DNA of 63,650 nt, filler included, from Octopus bimaculoides (taxonomy: Eukaryota): NCBI RefSeq assembly GCF_001194135.2. It is 6 parts of 5 records of this genome, joined end to end, with 100 filler letters (N's around TTAATTAATTAA, not from the genome) between each part and the next. Parts side by side here need not be neighbours in the genome. Positions count along the whole stretch, not along the records: positions 35,312 to 43,481 come from NC_068987.1; positions 43,582 to 55,929 come from NC_068991.1; 4 more parts are not named here. One strand, 5' to 3'. Shown here piece by piece: positions 41,346 to 54,900 of the stretch. Numbering within the stretch: position 1 is the first letter of the stretch; every line of letters starts with the position of its first letter. The notes beneath the pieces were generated by a model that was not told the DNA's origin, made no database searches, and worked only from the letters and a program-made list of their open reading frames with translations. Position numbers and translations under genes: made by a program.

Positions 41346-42272
41346 ATAATACACATACATACATACATACATACATACCAACAAACAAACCTACATAAAT
41401 GAGCATTCATATATAAATGCATACAAAGTGTGAAGATCAAAATATAAGATATTAAAGTGATGATGGTACACTCAGCCATAAGATGAAAGAATACTTGTGG
41501 AATGTTCCTGTCAAAGTTGTTTAACCCCTTTTATTACCATTATTCTGCTGAAATACTCTTTGTTCCAATTTGTTTTCAAAATAATGAAGAATTTTGTCAA
41601 ATAACTTTGTTCTTATTTATCTGATGTTTTGCACATTAATTAATGTGAAATTTTGATGGAAGGCCTTAATTTACAATCACTTTTAATTTATAATCATTTT
41701 AAAGCAGGAAGTTTGTATCATCGAAGTAGGGGTGGTCTCGAATGGATTGGTATCAAGAGGATTAAACTTTAAGCACCACATACCAGATGTAATTATATAG
41801 GAGTGGGAAATCTAATTGCAGGTTAGGTCAGAGATAAGCTGTTTTATGATTGAGTGGTCAGTGACTAAACTGGCTCTCCACTTGAATAGCTTGCTATTTT
41901 TGTGTGGAAGCTGTTTGGACAGCAAGCAGGGCTAAAAATAAGACCTGTAGAAGGCTGGATGAGATCCTTGAGGGCCAACAGCCATCCAGTTGTATATATA
42001 TCCATATATATATATATAATTCACTTTTGGTGATTAATAGATATATGAGTATTTTATTTCAGATAATACAAAAAAAAAATGACCAAATAAGTATATCTGA
42101 AGGTACACTCATGGTGTCTATTTGCACATCACGAAATAATACCTTAAAGGATATAACCAGTATACCAGCATGGTATAAAATATACTTCCTTAATTATCTC
42201 CTACTTAAGTTAAAATTATCAATTATGAAGGAACTACATGTGTTTCGGTATTGGAAGATTATAATACATTAC

Positions 42273-42308
<36 letters not shown>

Positions 42309-43739
42309 NNNNNNNNNNNNNNNNNNNNNNNNNNNNNNNNNNNNNNNNNNNNNNNNNNNNNNNNNNNNNNNNNNNNNNNNNNNNNNNNNNNNNNNNNNNN
42401 NNNNNNNNNNNNNNNNNNNNNNNNNNNNNNNNNNNNNNNNNNNNNNNNNNNNNNNNNNNNNNNNNNNNNNNNNNNNNNNNNNNGGTGACTTCCAGGGTTA
42501 GGCATGCAATGAATTTCTCCCCCCGCCCCCGGCAATTTTTCAGTAAATAAATTTTCGTATTCCTACAATTTACATATGGGAGATTCTGAATATGCAATCA
42601 CCCCCGTATGACCTAGAATAAGCAGGGAATAAAAAATGGCTCTGTAAAGATGAGCCTGAAATAAGTGTATTGTTTGTATTTCTCTCTCGCTTCGAAACTT
42701 CAGTACTTTCCCATCCTCACTCTCCCTGGATTCTGTTAATATTTTTGCATATTCGGAATCTTTGTTAAAGGTAGGAATCCGAAAACATTTTTCACAAAAT
42801 TCGTTTTTCAAAGGGGTGCGATTCTGCATTAGCCCCTATACCTATTGGTTGAGCTGAATCAAATTGAAATGATTTAATTAGGAGAACACATTTAGTTACA
42901 TTATATGGCCATGCTTTAAGATCGTTACGCCCTGGAAGACAAGTCAGGTGTTTTATCATGCTACTTGTCAATTCTGGGAAAATTATCGATACTCAAGCAG
43001 ATTGTTCTGAGACTTACTGAACTCCGTATTTTAAAAGACTACGTCTCACCCACACACATTGAAAATACACGCATATACATGAATACACACACAATGAAAG
43101 ACAGTGAAAATTCAGCATTATAAAAAGCCCCCCAAAACTGTTGCGGCAGAAGTCAACATCTCTGAGATTGAAACAAGACATTTACGACCGTAAATAGACT
43201 ACACCCAGCAGCACAGAAAGGAAAACCTATGTAGGTTAGGCGTGACGAAGAAGTCCAACCATTTCTCCTGCCAAACAATACTGATGTAAGATGGTCGAAC
43301 CTTACATTATAACAAACACTAACCAAGACATGTAATATATGCCCTTTAATATATTAATTTTTTTTAAGGTTCTAAAATGTTATTTACCTCATTTATAAAT
43401 TAATTCAATTCTTCGATCTTCCTGGGCAAATATATCTATCACATTTTCATAGAAATCTTCTCTTTTCATCAATTGTTGTAANNNNNNNNNNNNNNNNNNN
43501 NNNNNNNNNNNNNNNNNNNNNNNNNTTAATTAATTAANNNNNNNNNNNNNNNNNNNNNNNNNNNNNNNNNNNNNNNNNNNNGTATTGTAAGAAATATCTT
43601 TCTTTATTCAACCTTTAGGTTAAATAACTAATTCCTCACATCAAACTTTAAGGAAAAATTTAAGAACGGATAACGCAATCTCTAAACCAGAAACATAACA
43701 ATATTTATTCATGGAGGAAATAGGCAGCAGTTATTTGTG

Positions 43740-43970
43740 AAGCTCTGGTGCTGACATGTTAGAGAGCTCCGCTGTTGGACGTCTGTCCTCTTCGCCAGCC
43801 GGCGAGAAAAGAGAATGAAAAGAGCGGGAACGTTTAGATGTTGAATTCCACGCATGCGCATGAGACTCTTCCCGTGTTCCTTCCGGAACTATTCCCTGCG
43901 CATGCGTGGATGAAAACGCAGTAATGGCGACTGTATATTTGGCGCCAAATGACGTCACTACAGTATCATC
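43740..43970. promoter_or_regulatory. CpG-rich promoter-like motif cluster
   Basis: Two NRF1-type GCGCATGCG sites (43851, 43897), ETS-type TTCCGGAA (43881), E2F-type palindrome TTTGGCGCCAAA (43938-43949), CRE TGACGTCA (43950), YY1-like AATGGCG (43923), in locally CpG-rich sequence. Confidence 0.7.
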
Positions 43971-45089
43971 ATTTATCATCTCTTCCATGCTGGTGCTAGA
44001 GTTGGATGATTTGACTGGATCCACTGAGCTAGAGGACTGCATAAACCTTTTGTGCCGACATTGATATATTATCTATAACTGGATGCCCTTCCTAATGTTA
44101 CCTTTTCTGATGGAGGGTACTGGTACTTTTTTTCATGGTTTCAACATTGGCAAAGTTACTGAGTAACTTGCAAAACAAAGAAACTCTCTCAACTGAGTAG
44201 GGGTCTCGTAGAGAAAGAGGTGGCTTATGCCACATATTGAGGGGCTAAAGTATAATTGAGGGTCAGGAACAGATGTCTTGCTATAGAGGATTGACATAGC
44301 TACCTACATTAAATAGGGGTAAATGGGTAGAAAAATAAAGATGCTGGTGATAAAGTGTCAGGGTACAAGAAAGTGAGTAGAATATGGGCAGAGGATCAGG
44401 AAGGGTAAGAGGGTAGGTTTGTATGGATTTGAGAGGAGAGTGATAGATAATTAGAGAAGGGGATAGAGGTGAATGTAATGAATGGTGAACAAAGGTGGAA
44501 GCATATGTTTGGCTCAGGAAGAAGAGGTGGTAAGAAGCAGTACAGAAAGTGTGGAAAGTAGTAATATAATAAAACTGTAGAAAGATGAGAAATAAGGAGA
44601 TGATGTGTGGGATGGGAGAGTGGAGGAGAGAGAGAGAGATGTACAGTGACAGAAATGGAAGTTAGAGGTATGTTTGGATGAATATATTGAGTAGTAGACA
44701 AAGGTTGGGGAACATCAGTGGCACATATGAGAAGGTATTAAGAATGACAGCAGATATGAGAGGGTGTTAAGGATGAGGTTATGACAGTCATAGGATGCAG
44801 CTCAAGGGAAAGAGAGAAACAATTGGCAGCACAGAAAGGGGTGCTTAGTGAAAAATAATGTGAGAAGGGATGAAGTTGAAAATGAGGGATTTGTTGTTAA
44901 AAAGGAAGTGGTTCCAGGAAGAGGGGCAATTTGTAGTGCAAAAGGGGATGAAATATATACTGTTCTGTTCTTATACGAGCTGTTGTGTAGTAGCATTGTT
45001 AAATGAGTGGAGCATTGGATGTTTAGAAGAAGAGTCATTGGGAAGACTTAACAGAAACAGATTGGGTGTAGGGATAGGGTTTAGACATG

Positions 45090-45310
45090 CCTTTAGGACC
45101 TCTCTTTTTGTTTGTCATCTCCTCCATGAGGCTCAACATCCTGATGTCAGTCTTCACCACTTTGTCCCAAGTGTTCCTGGGTTCTCTCCTTTTCCACAAA
45201 TTCCATCTACATTTAGCAATCCATATTGGCAGTTCTTTTTGCCACTGTCCTCATCCATACCCATCACTTGACCATACCTGTTCAATCTCCTCTCTTGCAT
45301 GCTACATCTA
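45090..45310 (-). mobile_element. RTE LINE 3' ORF fragment
   Basis: RCSMQERRLNRYGQVMGMDEDS...GICGKG matches the C-terminus of the 52.6-54.9 kb copy. Confidence 0.8.
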
Positions 45311-45866
45311 ATTCTTTTTATGCTGAATTTTTCTCTCAAAGCACACACAAATTTACAGACAAATATATACTTTTGTAAATAAGCATAAAAAAAAATTTGT
45401 AAGTATATCTGACATGCTATGTTTTTAATTTTCACATTTTTTAAAAGAATATTGTTTACATTTGTCAGCCAAAACAAATATACTTTTGACTGAATGTTAC
45501 AAAATAACTTTCCCACTCTATAAAAAACACATGTAAAACAAGAACTCAAAATTTTGTTCTTGACACAAGGGAAAGGTATAATGTTATATAGTAAACTCTA
45601 GACTGAATATGTTAACAGGTTTTGAATTCAAGATGGCTACCATTTCACTTGGTTTATGCTTATTGTTGTCACATAAAATGCATATGTGTGGTATAATCTC
45701 TATTTCCCTCTTTTGTTGATTCTGAAATTTAGTTGAAGATTATTGATTTTTCTGACTGAAAATTAGTGTATATAAAGAAAAGCTGAAGATGACTTCTTTT
45801 TTTTAATAAATCTATTGTATGTGTATAGATAGATAGACAGACAGATAGATAGATAGATAGATAGAT

Positions 45867-45964
<98 letters not shown>

Positions 45965-46720
45965 GGGGGAGTAGGAATGATCATCATCATCATTAATGGC
46001 ATTGTTATTATTCATTCACCAAACAATAGGAGGCTCACCTTTGGCCTGACCTTTTTTGTGTATCATCGCTTTTTGCAGCACCTGTGCATGTGTATGTGTG
46101 TGTGTGCGTGTGTGTGCGCGTTTATTTTGTGTGGGTGATAGGTCATTAACCCATGGCATGATGGCTTTGTATTCCTTCTTCTGAAGAAAGGCATAATATA
46201 GATATAAGGAAAGCACGTGAACACTGTTAAGCAAGGAAAATCTGTCTTTAGTTTCTTACGGTGCTTATACTGTTGCTTACAGCTGTGAACTATAAAGCTT
46301 TGCAATATTAAATTCCATTTAGAAGGATTCCAAAGAGTTTGTTATTTTGACTATGGAAATATTGCAACACCATGGACAAAGTATAAACTGTCGATTGTTC
46401 AGCTGAATGCTCATAACCTGTTGACCAAATCACCTGTGGTTTTCATATATAATGATATGCAAAGAGAAGAAAACAAAACCAATAGGAGAGAAAAAAATAA
46501 GGAACAAAATTACATATTCAGGGCTTAAGATTACAATTTTCTTATTTATTGGGCATAGTTAGGAGGTGATGAATTTCACTCCATAAACACATGGTTTTGG
46601 CTTCTAACCCACTGTGTGGCACCATAGGCAAGTGTTATTTAATATAGATTCATGCTGATTAATGCCTTGTGAATGAAACAGGAAAGAAATTGTGTATGTG
46701 TATACATAGACATATGCATA

Positions 46721-46762
<42 letters not shown>

Positions 46763-47200
46763 NNNNNNNNNNNNNNNNNNNNNNNNNNNNNNNNNNNNNN
46801 NNNNNNNNNNNNNNNNNNNNNNNNNNNNNNNNNNNNNNNNNNNNNNNNNNNNNNNNNNNNNNNNNNNNNNNNNNNNNNNNNNNNNNNNNNNNNNNNNNNN
46901 NNNNNNNNNNNNNNNNNNNNNNNNNNNNNNNNNNNNNNNNNNNNNNNNNNNNNNNNNNNNNNNNNNNNNNNNNNNNNNNNNNNNNNNNNNNNNNNNNNNN
47001 NNNNNNNNNNNNNNNNNNNNNNNNNNNNNNNNNNNNNNNNNNNNNNNNNNNNNNNNNNNNNNNNNNNNNNNNNNNNNNNNNNNNNNNNNNNNNNNNNNNN
47101 NNNNNNNNNNNNNNNNNNNNNNNNNNNNNNNNNNNNNNNNNNNNNNNNNNNNNNNNNNNNNNNNNNNNNNNNNNNNNNNNNNNNNNNNNNNNNNNNNNNN

Positions 47201-47505
47201 CCTGCTCGTGAAATTAACGTGCAAGTGGCTGAGCACTCCACAGACACGTGTGCCCTTAACGTAGTTCTCGGGGATATTCAGCGTGACACAGTGTGACAAG
47301 GCTGACCCTTTGAATTACAGGCACAGCAGAAACAGGAAGGAAGAGTGAGAGAAAGTTGTGGTGAAAGAGTACAGCAGGGTTCACCACCATCCCCTGCTGG
47401 AGCCTCGTGGAGCTTTAGGTGTTTTTGCTCAATAAACACTCACAACGCCCGGTCTGGGAATCGAAACCGCGAGTCTGCTGCCCTAACCACTGGGCCATTG
47501 CGCCT
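47201..47505 (-). mobile_element. tRNA-derived SINE family A2, near full length
   Basis: Head aggcgcaatggcccagtggttagggcagc; 3' half matches the family A tail at 18040-18160. Confidence 0.9.
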
Positions 47506-47983
47506 TCACTACATACTTTACTGTGGATTATACTCAAAAGTTTTAGCTGATATTGCATTTGTGCATAAAATATGTTTACTAGATAAATAAGACTGACATA
47601 AATGTTTGTCATTAAGGTTAAATTAGGGACCAATTGGATAATACCATTTCAAGTATTCCTGTACTTTCATCAGAAATATACTACCCTACAGTTTGTTGTT
47701 ACACTGTCAGTCAAATGGGAGTATGCAAAGCTTAATAAGTTCGAAAGCTTATAGCTTAGATGTCAGTGGTTAGTGTACTAATCTCATGACTATTCTGTTT
47801 CAGATGAAGTTAACTGGTTAATCAGTCTTTAGTACTATATTTGGTCAAGATAGTTTGTACCTCTTACACACAACATCTCACTGTTATGATGGAGGGAAAA
47901 AATCTATTCTTTTTTCATTCTGAAACAATAAGTACAGTTTGCACTTTTCACAAGGTCTTTATATTTTGATAGAAACAAAAGTA

Positions 47984-48858
47984 CGAGGTGATATCAAAAA
48001 GTTCCCAGACTAGTTCCGTAGCACACCAACAGATGACAGCACATGGTTGTGTGTGCAGTGAGAGCTAGAAGTAACCTTCATGAAGCAGTGTGCCAAATGA
48101 TATTGATGTGTTTACTTCACAAATTGTGAAATTTGTGTTTTTGTGATCATGTTTATGCTGTAGTCTGCAATTTTGTCATGGAGAGGAACAAAAAACCAAC
48201 ATGAAATTTTGTGTTAAACTTGGGAAGTCTGCTACGGAGACATTGAGCATACTTTGGCAAGCTTACGGCAATGCGGCAATGGGGTTGTATGCAATGTTTT
48301 GTGTGGTACAGGTGCTTCAAAAGATGAAGAATGTTCCTGGAAGATGATGAGTGATCTGGTAGACCTGTCATGAGTGTCAACCCTGAAAATGTGGTATTGT
48401 GCATCAAGAATTCGTCCCCCAGGGCCAGATCATCAATTGAGGGCAAAAGTGACCGGATCTGTGGAGCACAAAGAATTGGATTCTTCACAACAACAAGGCA
48501 CCTATCATCAAGTTCTCCCCACTCATGAGTTTGTCACCAAAAACAACATGGTATTGCCTCCACACCTGCTCTATATACCAGATTTAGCACCTGTAGACTT
48601 TCATCTCTTCCCCAAGATGAAAATGCAGCTCAAAGGTTGCCATTTTAACACTGTTGAGATCCAGACTGAGTCATAGAAGGTCCTTGACTCGCTTACAGAA
48701 AACAACTTTCAGGCTGGATTCCAAAAGTGGCAGGAACATTGTGACTGGTGTATTGTTGCACAAGGTGACTATTTCAAAGGAGATGATGTTAAAACTCAAG
48801 TAAATAAGTTATTTCTTATTAAACATAACTAATCTGGGAACCTTTTGATACCACCTTG
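47984..48858 (+). mobile_element. Internally deleted mariner transposon with both TIRs
   Basis: TIRs (ta)cgaggtgatatcaaaaagttcccagactagtt / aactaatctgggaaccttttgataccaccttg(ta); KFCVKLGKSATET and LYIPDLAPVDFHLFPKMK motifs. Confidence 0.93.
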
Positions 48859-49412
48859 TACAATATTCTTGGTTTTCATATCAATCATAAATACACTTTG
48901 CACTTCTCACTTTCAATATTTTCATTTTGTTGTCCAAATCTCCACTCTATATGGATTTGATAGATACTTGTTATATCATTGAAACATGTTGGGTCTGCAC
49001 CTCGGTGACTCCTGTGATGGAATTGAATAAGCACTAGGAAAGAAGAAGAATATGTAGTATCAAATACTATTATCAAATTTGAGAGTTTATATCACTTGGG
49101 ACCATTGGAATACTTGAGGGTCACCTATAGAATTGAGTGTTGCCAATTTTGTCTGTTTGAAACCTAAACATTAGCAGGAAAGAAAAGGACTAAAACAAAA
49201 GAACTGATCTACTAAGGCCACATGATCTGCTAGAAATAGCAGCCAAATCTTGCTCAAATCACAAGCTAATACCTTTAATGATGGAAATATGCAGGGTCTC
49301 CAAGTTTTTAGGTAGAATAGGGATACTTTTGGACGCCACCTGAGGATGAAAGGAACTTCCTCTTTCCATCAGAGGTTCACAGGGTGCCTTCTTGTATATT
49401 TCAAACTCTTCT

Positions 49413-49524
49413 TTAGCTGTCTGGGTTCTGGATTCTGAGTTCCAGGTCAGTATACTGGTTGAATCCCTTTTTCATAGACCCTTGAAGGATATATTGGATA
49501 ATGTAGTCCCAGATACACTGCAAC
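49413..49524 (-). CDS. Probable terminal exon of an unidentified gene (R-LQCIWDYIIQYILQGSMKKGFNQYTDLELRIQNPDS*)
   Basis: Acceptor atattaatttcag, phase 2, open frame to TAA at 49415-49413. Confidence 0.6.
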
Positions 49525-50252
49525 CTGAAATTAATATATAGGAGGATGAAGCAGTGATGTAGCAAAGTGTGGTATAGAGGTGGGGGTGAGGGCGGCTGTC
49601 ATCGTCATCATTGTCATCTATGTCTATGACATTGTCATCAATGTCATAATCAGCATCATCATCATCATTACTATCATCACTGTAGCCATCAGAGCCAACA
49701 GCATTATCAACAATAAATTGATTTTTAAAAAATTACATTTCAGTTACTTTTCATTATTAAAATTGTTTTTTTTTAAAAAACTTTTATCAGTCTTTCATTG
49801 GCAGATCTGGTAGAGCATCTGGTTCCCATTATGTTCAAGAGTTCAAATCACTCAGGATTTGACATAGCTTTTCATCCTCCTGGAGTCTATAAAACAAAGT
49901 GCCACCTTCCTTCCTTCCTTCCTTCCTTTTACTTCCAGACTTTGGCATTTTGTTTCCTTTCTTTCTTTCTTTCTTCCTTCCTTCATCACCTTACATCACA
50001 TTCTTTTGCTCCCCACCCCCACCACTCTGCTTATTTCTTCTTTCATGTAAGAGTTAAAGTAAGATTAGTCAACTAGAAGAAAGTGGTGATTTAGAGTTGT
50101 CACATTTATGTGTGTATGTTTGTGTGTGTGTGTGTGTGTGGGGTAATAGAGCAGGAGGGAGCTTGTAAAGAGGAGTGTCCTTCTGGGTCTAAATATGATG
50201 TAGCTCAATAAAGAATCTAAAACACAACTTGAATATGTTCTTGTTGTTCGTA

Positions 50253-50317
<65 letters not shown>

Positions 50318-50590
50318 TGCCACTAGTGCTACTGCTACTACTGTTGTTACTGTTACTACTAACCACAAGTCTATTTTTTATAATTTGCTTTCACTGCAAT
50401 GCCAAATGAGTCTGTATGGTTTTTAATCATTCCCAAGGCAGGGTTAAAATAGAAGACACTTTTCCAACCATGTGGTTGCATAGTGGGCTTCTTAACCACA
50501 CACTCATGCCTATTTTTTCTACATTTCTTCTAACCAACTGTCTTAAAACTGGCTGAAAAATGCAGTCAAAAAAATTATAATTTCTCAACA

Positions 50591-51015
50591 GTAGGTGTAG
50601 GTGTGGCTTTGTGGTAAGAAGCTTGCTTACCAACCACATGGTTCTGGGTTGAGTCCCACTGTGTGGCACCTTGTGCAAGTGTCATTTGCTATAGCCTCAG
50701 GTCAACCAAAAGCCTTGTGAGTGGAGTTGGTTGGTGGAAACTAAAAAAAGCTTGTTGTGTGTGTGTGTGTGCATGTCTTTGTTTCTGTGTTTGTTCCCCA
50801 CTACTGTTTGACAACTGGTGTTGGTGTGTTTATGTCTTTATAACTTAGCAGTTCAGGAAAAGAGACTTATAGAATAAGTACTAGGCTAAAAAAAAAAAAA
50901 ATAAGTACTGGGATTGATTCATTTAACAAAAAATTCTTCCAGGCAGTGCCCCAGCATGGCTGCAGTCTAATGACTGAAAACAAGTAAAAGAAAATAAAAG
51001 ATAAAAGATAAAAAG
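50591..51015 (+). mobile_element. Full-length SINE family C (CpG-decayed)
   Basis: Joins the 5' half seen at 27063-27241 and the 3' half seen at 2224-2416 through an internal (GT)n. Confidence 0.9.
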
Positions 51016-51459
51016 AAATTCTCAGTTTTATGATTAGACATAAACCAAGTAAATCTGTTACCTGGCAAATTGCGAGACGTTTCACATTAAACAATGTGAC
51101 AGTTAATAACATCACATAACACTATCATCACTTCAAACCACCGACTCAACCTTATCATCTATCCTTCTCTCTTCTGAGAATAACATCAATTGCTCTCTGT
51201 ACTTTGAGTGTTCATCTTTGTAATGTATTCTGACATTTTGTGTCACTTGTTAAAAAATTTGTGGTTCCCCTAAAATTTTAGCACTCTAGGTGATTACTTA
51301 TTTTACCTAGTATATAGCTCTGACAATAATTTCGTGTAATACATTTTATTTGGTTAGGATAATATGTATGTGTGCATGTTTATATATGTGTATGTATATC
51401 ATAATAGATCGCTAACCACTACACACATTTTTTTTCTCTGCTTGTTTCTTTCCGTGTTT

Positions 51460-51495
51460 CTTTCTGTAGAAGAGCGTAGGCTCGAAACGTTAAAG
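51460..51495 (+). ncRNA. Hammerhead-like motif with variant core (CUGUAGA)
   Basis: CUUU-CUGUAGA-A-GAGC(GUAG)GCUC-GAAA-CGUU-AAAG; all helices intact, conserved A6 replaced by U. Confidence 0.55.
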
Positions 51496-51583
51496 GCTTT
51501 TTCAATTCCTGAGTGTTATACTAATATATCTGTTTGTTTTCTACACCACCTGTCTTCGTCTTTTGTTTTTTTTTGTGAATTCT

Positions 51584-51620
<37 letters not shown>

Positions 51621-51682
51621 GGAGAAATTATACAAAATGTATAAGTGGATGATGAGTAATGCACCAGCACAGTTTCGATTAC

Positions 51683-51802
51683 CTGTTATTATCTGTAGAT
51701 TGCAGGAACTTCATAGTGGTGGTTGAGGTAACAGTATTAATAAAATAGATGGGAAAAAAGATTTTATCTAATACAACACATGTTTCGACCTGTTCTGGGT
51801 CT
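51683..51802 (-). CDS. Internal exon (DPEQVETCVVLDKIFFPIYFINTVTSTTTMKFLQSTDNN-R)
   Basis: Long T-rich acceptor ending gaag, donor AG|gtaatc, 120 nt, phase 2-2, joins 49524 in frame. Confidence 0.55.
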
Positions 51803-51872
51803 CTTCGGGTACATAAATAAATGAAAAATAAAAAGTCTCACTTGAGATTCGGTTTTACGTATAACTAAATGT

Positions 51873-51904
<32 letters not shown>

Positions 51905-52095
51905 GGTATGGGTTAGATGATTTGACTGAAACTGGTAAGCCAGAGAGCTGCATCAAGTTCCAATCTGATTCAGATCCAATGCCAAATCAGATTGGAATCT
52001 GGTGCAGCTTCATGGCTTAACAGTTTTAGTCAAACTGTCTAACCTATGCCAGCATGGAAAGCAGACATTAAATGATGGTGATGATGATGTTGTGA

Positions 52096-52142
<47 letters not shown>

Positions 52143-52149
52143 CATCATG

Positions 52150-52430
52150 ACTCTCCTGTCTTTCAACAACCTATGGTGGTTCTGTACTTTCTTGCTGAAT
52201 AATGACACGGATGGTTTGTTTATAGTGAGCAAAATGTTTGTGTTCACATAAGCTCTCTCCCTCCATCAAATCGACATTCCCCATACTGGTGCCTGATGTG
52301 CCACATGTCAGATGATGAAGTAATTGCAGTGCAATGTGAAATGTGTTTTGCTCAAGAACACAATGCAATGTCCAGTCTGGGAACCGAAACCAAGACATCG
52401 CAATTGTGCAACACCCTAACCACTATATTT
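52150..52430 (-). mobile_element. SINE family A head/CORE with a further tail variant
   Basis: Minus: tagtggttagggtgttgcacaattgcg...gtgttcttgagcaaaacacatttcacattgc then unrelated tail. Confidence 0.7.
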
Positions 52431-52639
52431 GCAAACACACATACATGCACATGCATGCATGCACACACACACGCATGCACGCATGCACACACACACAATT
52501 ATGTGATTTGACTGCAACATCAGAGTGTTTAGCTCTTATTGCTAGCGATGCAGGTGTTTCTAACAACCTTAGTCATATTTAATGAGATTTATAGTTTTCT
52601 TTTTTGGTAAAGCATTGCCCACTGCTGCTTATATTATAT

Positions 52640-54900
52640 ATCATCATCATCATCATCATCATCTTTTAATGTCTGCTTTCCATGCTGTCATGGGTTGGAT
52701 GGTTTGACTGAGGACTGGGAAGCGAGGAGGCTGCACTAATCTGTTCTGGCAAGGTTTCTGTAGGTGGATGCCCTTCCTAACACCAGCTGGCATTGGCCAC
52801 GCTTGAATGGTGCTTTTTATGTGCCCCTGGCATGGGTGCCAGTCAGGTGGCACTGGCATCAACCATGACAATGATTTCACTTGACTCAGTAGGTCTTCTC
52901 AAGCACAGCATATTGCCTGATGATTGCAGGGTACTTATAAATGGGCCAGTTATGCAACACTGGCACCGGCCACAGATACATTCTCATTTGGCTAGCTGGG
53001 TTTTCTCAAGCACAGCATGTCTCCAAAGGTCTCACTCACTTGTCATTGCCTCTCTGAGGCCCAACGTTTGGAAGTCGTGCTTCATCACCTCATCCCAGGT
53101 CTTCCTGGGTCCACCTCTTCCACAGGTTCCCTCCACCGTTAGGGTGTGACATTTCTTCACACAGCTGTCCTCATCCATACACAACACATGATCATACCAG
53201 TGCAGTTGTCTGTCTTGCACACCACATCTGATGCTTCTTATATCCAACTTTTCTCTCAGGGCGCTTACACTCTGTTGTGTATGCACACTGACATTACAGA
53301 TCCAGTGGAACACACTAGCTTCATTTCTTTCAAGCCTATGCATTTCCTTAGCAGTCACAGCCCATGTTTCACTGCTGGGTAATATGGCTATTTGCATGCA
53401 TGCATCATACAGTCTACGTTTCATTCTGAGTGAGAGGCCCTTTGTTACTAGCAAAGGTTGGAACTCTCTGAACTTTGCCCAGGCTAACATTATTCTAGCA
53501 GCTACACTCTCAGAGCATCCACCCTCGCTACTGACTTGGTCACCTAGGTAACAGAAGCTATCAACTACTTCTAGTTTTTCCCCTGAGCATGTGATGGAAT
53601 CTGTTTTTTGTACATTTTTGGTGTTTATTGCTCCTGTGCATCTGCCACACACAAAATCTACCTTTCCAGTTAACCTTCCTTTGATATTGCTGCAACTCTT
53701 ATGTGTCCATAGCTTACACCGGGTACATCTTACGGAGTATCTACCTATGCCTTTTCTGCAGGTTGAGTAGGGCTATCTACTTGAAGGGATTTGTGATTTG
53801 TCTGCCTTCCTACTTACTAAGACTTTGGTTATTGCTAGATTGACTCTAAGGTCCTTTGATTCTAGACCTTGCTTACACACCTGGAACTTCTCCTCTAGTT
53901 CTGGTAGTGACTCAGCTATTAGAGCAAGGTCATCAGCATAGAGGAACTCCCTGGGGCAGCCTGTCTTAAATTTCTCTGTTATTGCCTGGAGGACTATGAT
54001 GAGCAAGAGGAGGCTGAAGACTGATCCTTGGTGAACCCCTACTTCTACCCCAAACTCTTCACTATACTTGTTGCCAACCCTCACCTTACTGACGACATCC
54101 CTGTACATGGGTTGTACAGCTCTCACCAACCATTCTTCTATCCCTAGTTTCTGCATTGACCACCAGCTAAGGGGTTGGGGGACCCTGTCAAAGGCGTTCT
54201 CCATGTCAATGAAAGCAAAGTACAGAGGTTTATCTTTGGCTAGGAATTTCTCCTGCAGCTGTCTTACCAGAGATATAGCATCAGTGGTGCTTTTCCCTGG
54301 CACAAACCCAAACTACATCTTGTCTAAACTAACTCTCTCCCTAATTAGTTGGACTATGACCCTCTCCATGACTTTCATCACCTGGTCCAACAATTTGACA
54401 CCTCTGTAATTATTCCTATCTAATGTGTCACCTTTACCTTTGTAACAGTTGACTATGGTGCTGCTACACCAGCCATTGGGTATGACTCCGTCATGTATCA
54501 CCTGATTGACTATACGGGTGACTAGACTATAGCTGACACCACCAGATATTTTAAGCATCTCTGTGGTGATTCCTGATGGGCTGGGGGCTTACCTTGTCTT
54601 CATATCCTTAATTGCTTTATCTACCAAGGTACTGTCAATTTGGATAGCTGGTTACTCTGTTGGGTCGACATTTGACAGACTCTCTATCTCCCATTCATTC
54701 TCTTCATTTAGCAAGATGTACACTATAAAAGATGTACCTTCATAGTGGCATCTCCAAGTCTCTCTTTGCAGCATCATTGAACACAAATGAGCCATCATCC
54801 ATGCGGACACATCTAGAGGGAGAAGGGATGGGGAAGCATTCCATACAGTAAGCCGTAATAGGTGCTCAGGAGAAAGACATCTGGTAGAGGTCAGAGGATA
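52640..54900 (-). mobile_element. 5'-truncated RTE-clade LINE (RT, Cys-rich insert, 3' UTR, (GAT)n tail)
   Basis: NYRGVKLL, GKSTTDAI, FIDMENAFDRVP, GVHQGSVFS, LYADDL motifs; frameshifted. Confidence 0.95.

Noticed and set aside
43375-43470. Minus-strand peptide VIDIFAQEDRRIELIYK* next to the promoter
   Set aside because: It resembles a hAT-type transposase C-terminus in a repeat next to a gap, not a host exon of the promoter's gene.
46040-47930. Further exon-like segments (minus 46048-46090 and 46290-46433; plus from 47804)
   Set aside because: Splice-like signals exist but frames conflict or hit stops, and they do not chain with other exons.
51770-51812. Minus-strand CCGAAGA-GACC...GGUC-GAAACAUGUG hammerhead look-alike
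   Set aside because: No stem I, GUG triplet, and it overlaps a candidate coding exon and its acceptor.
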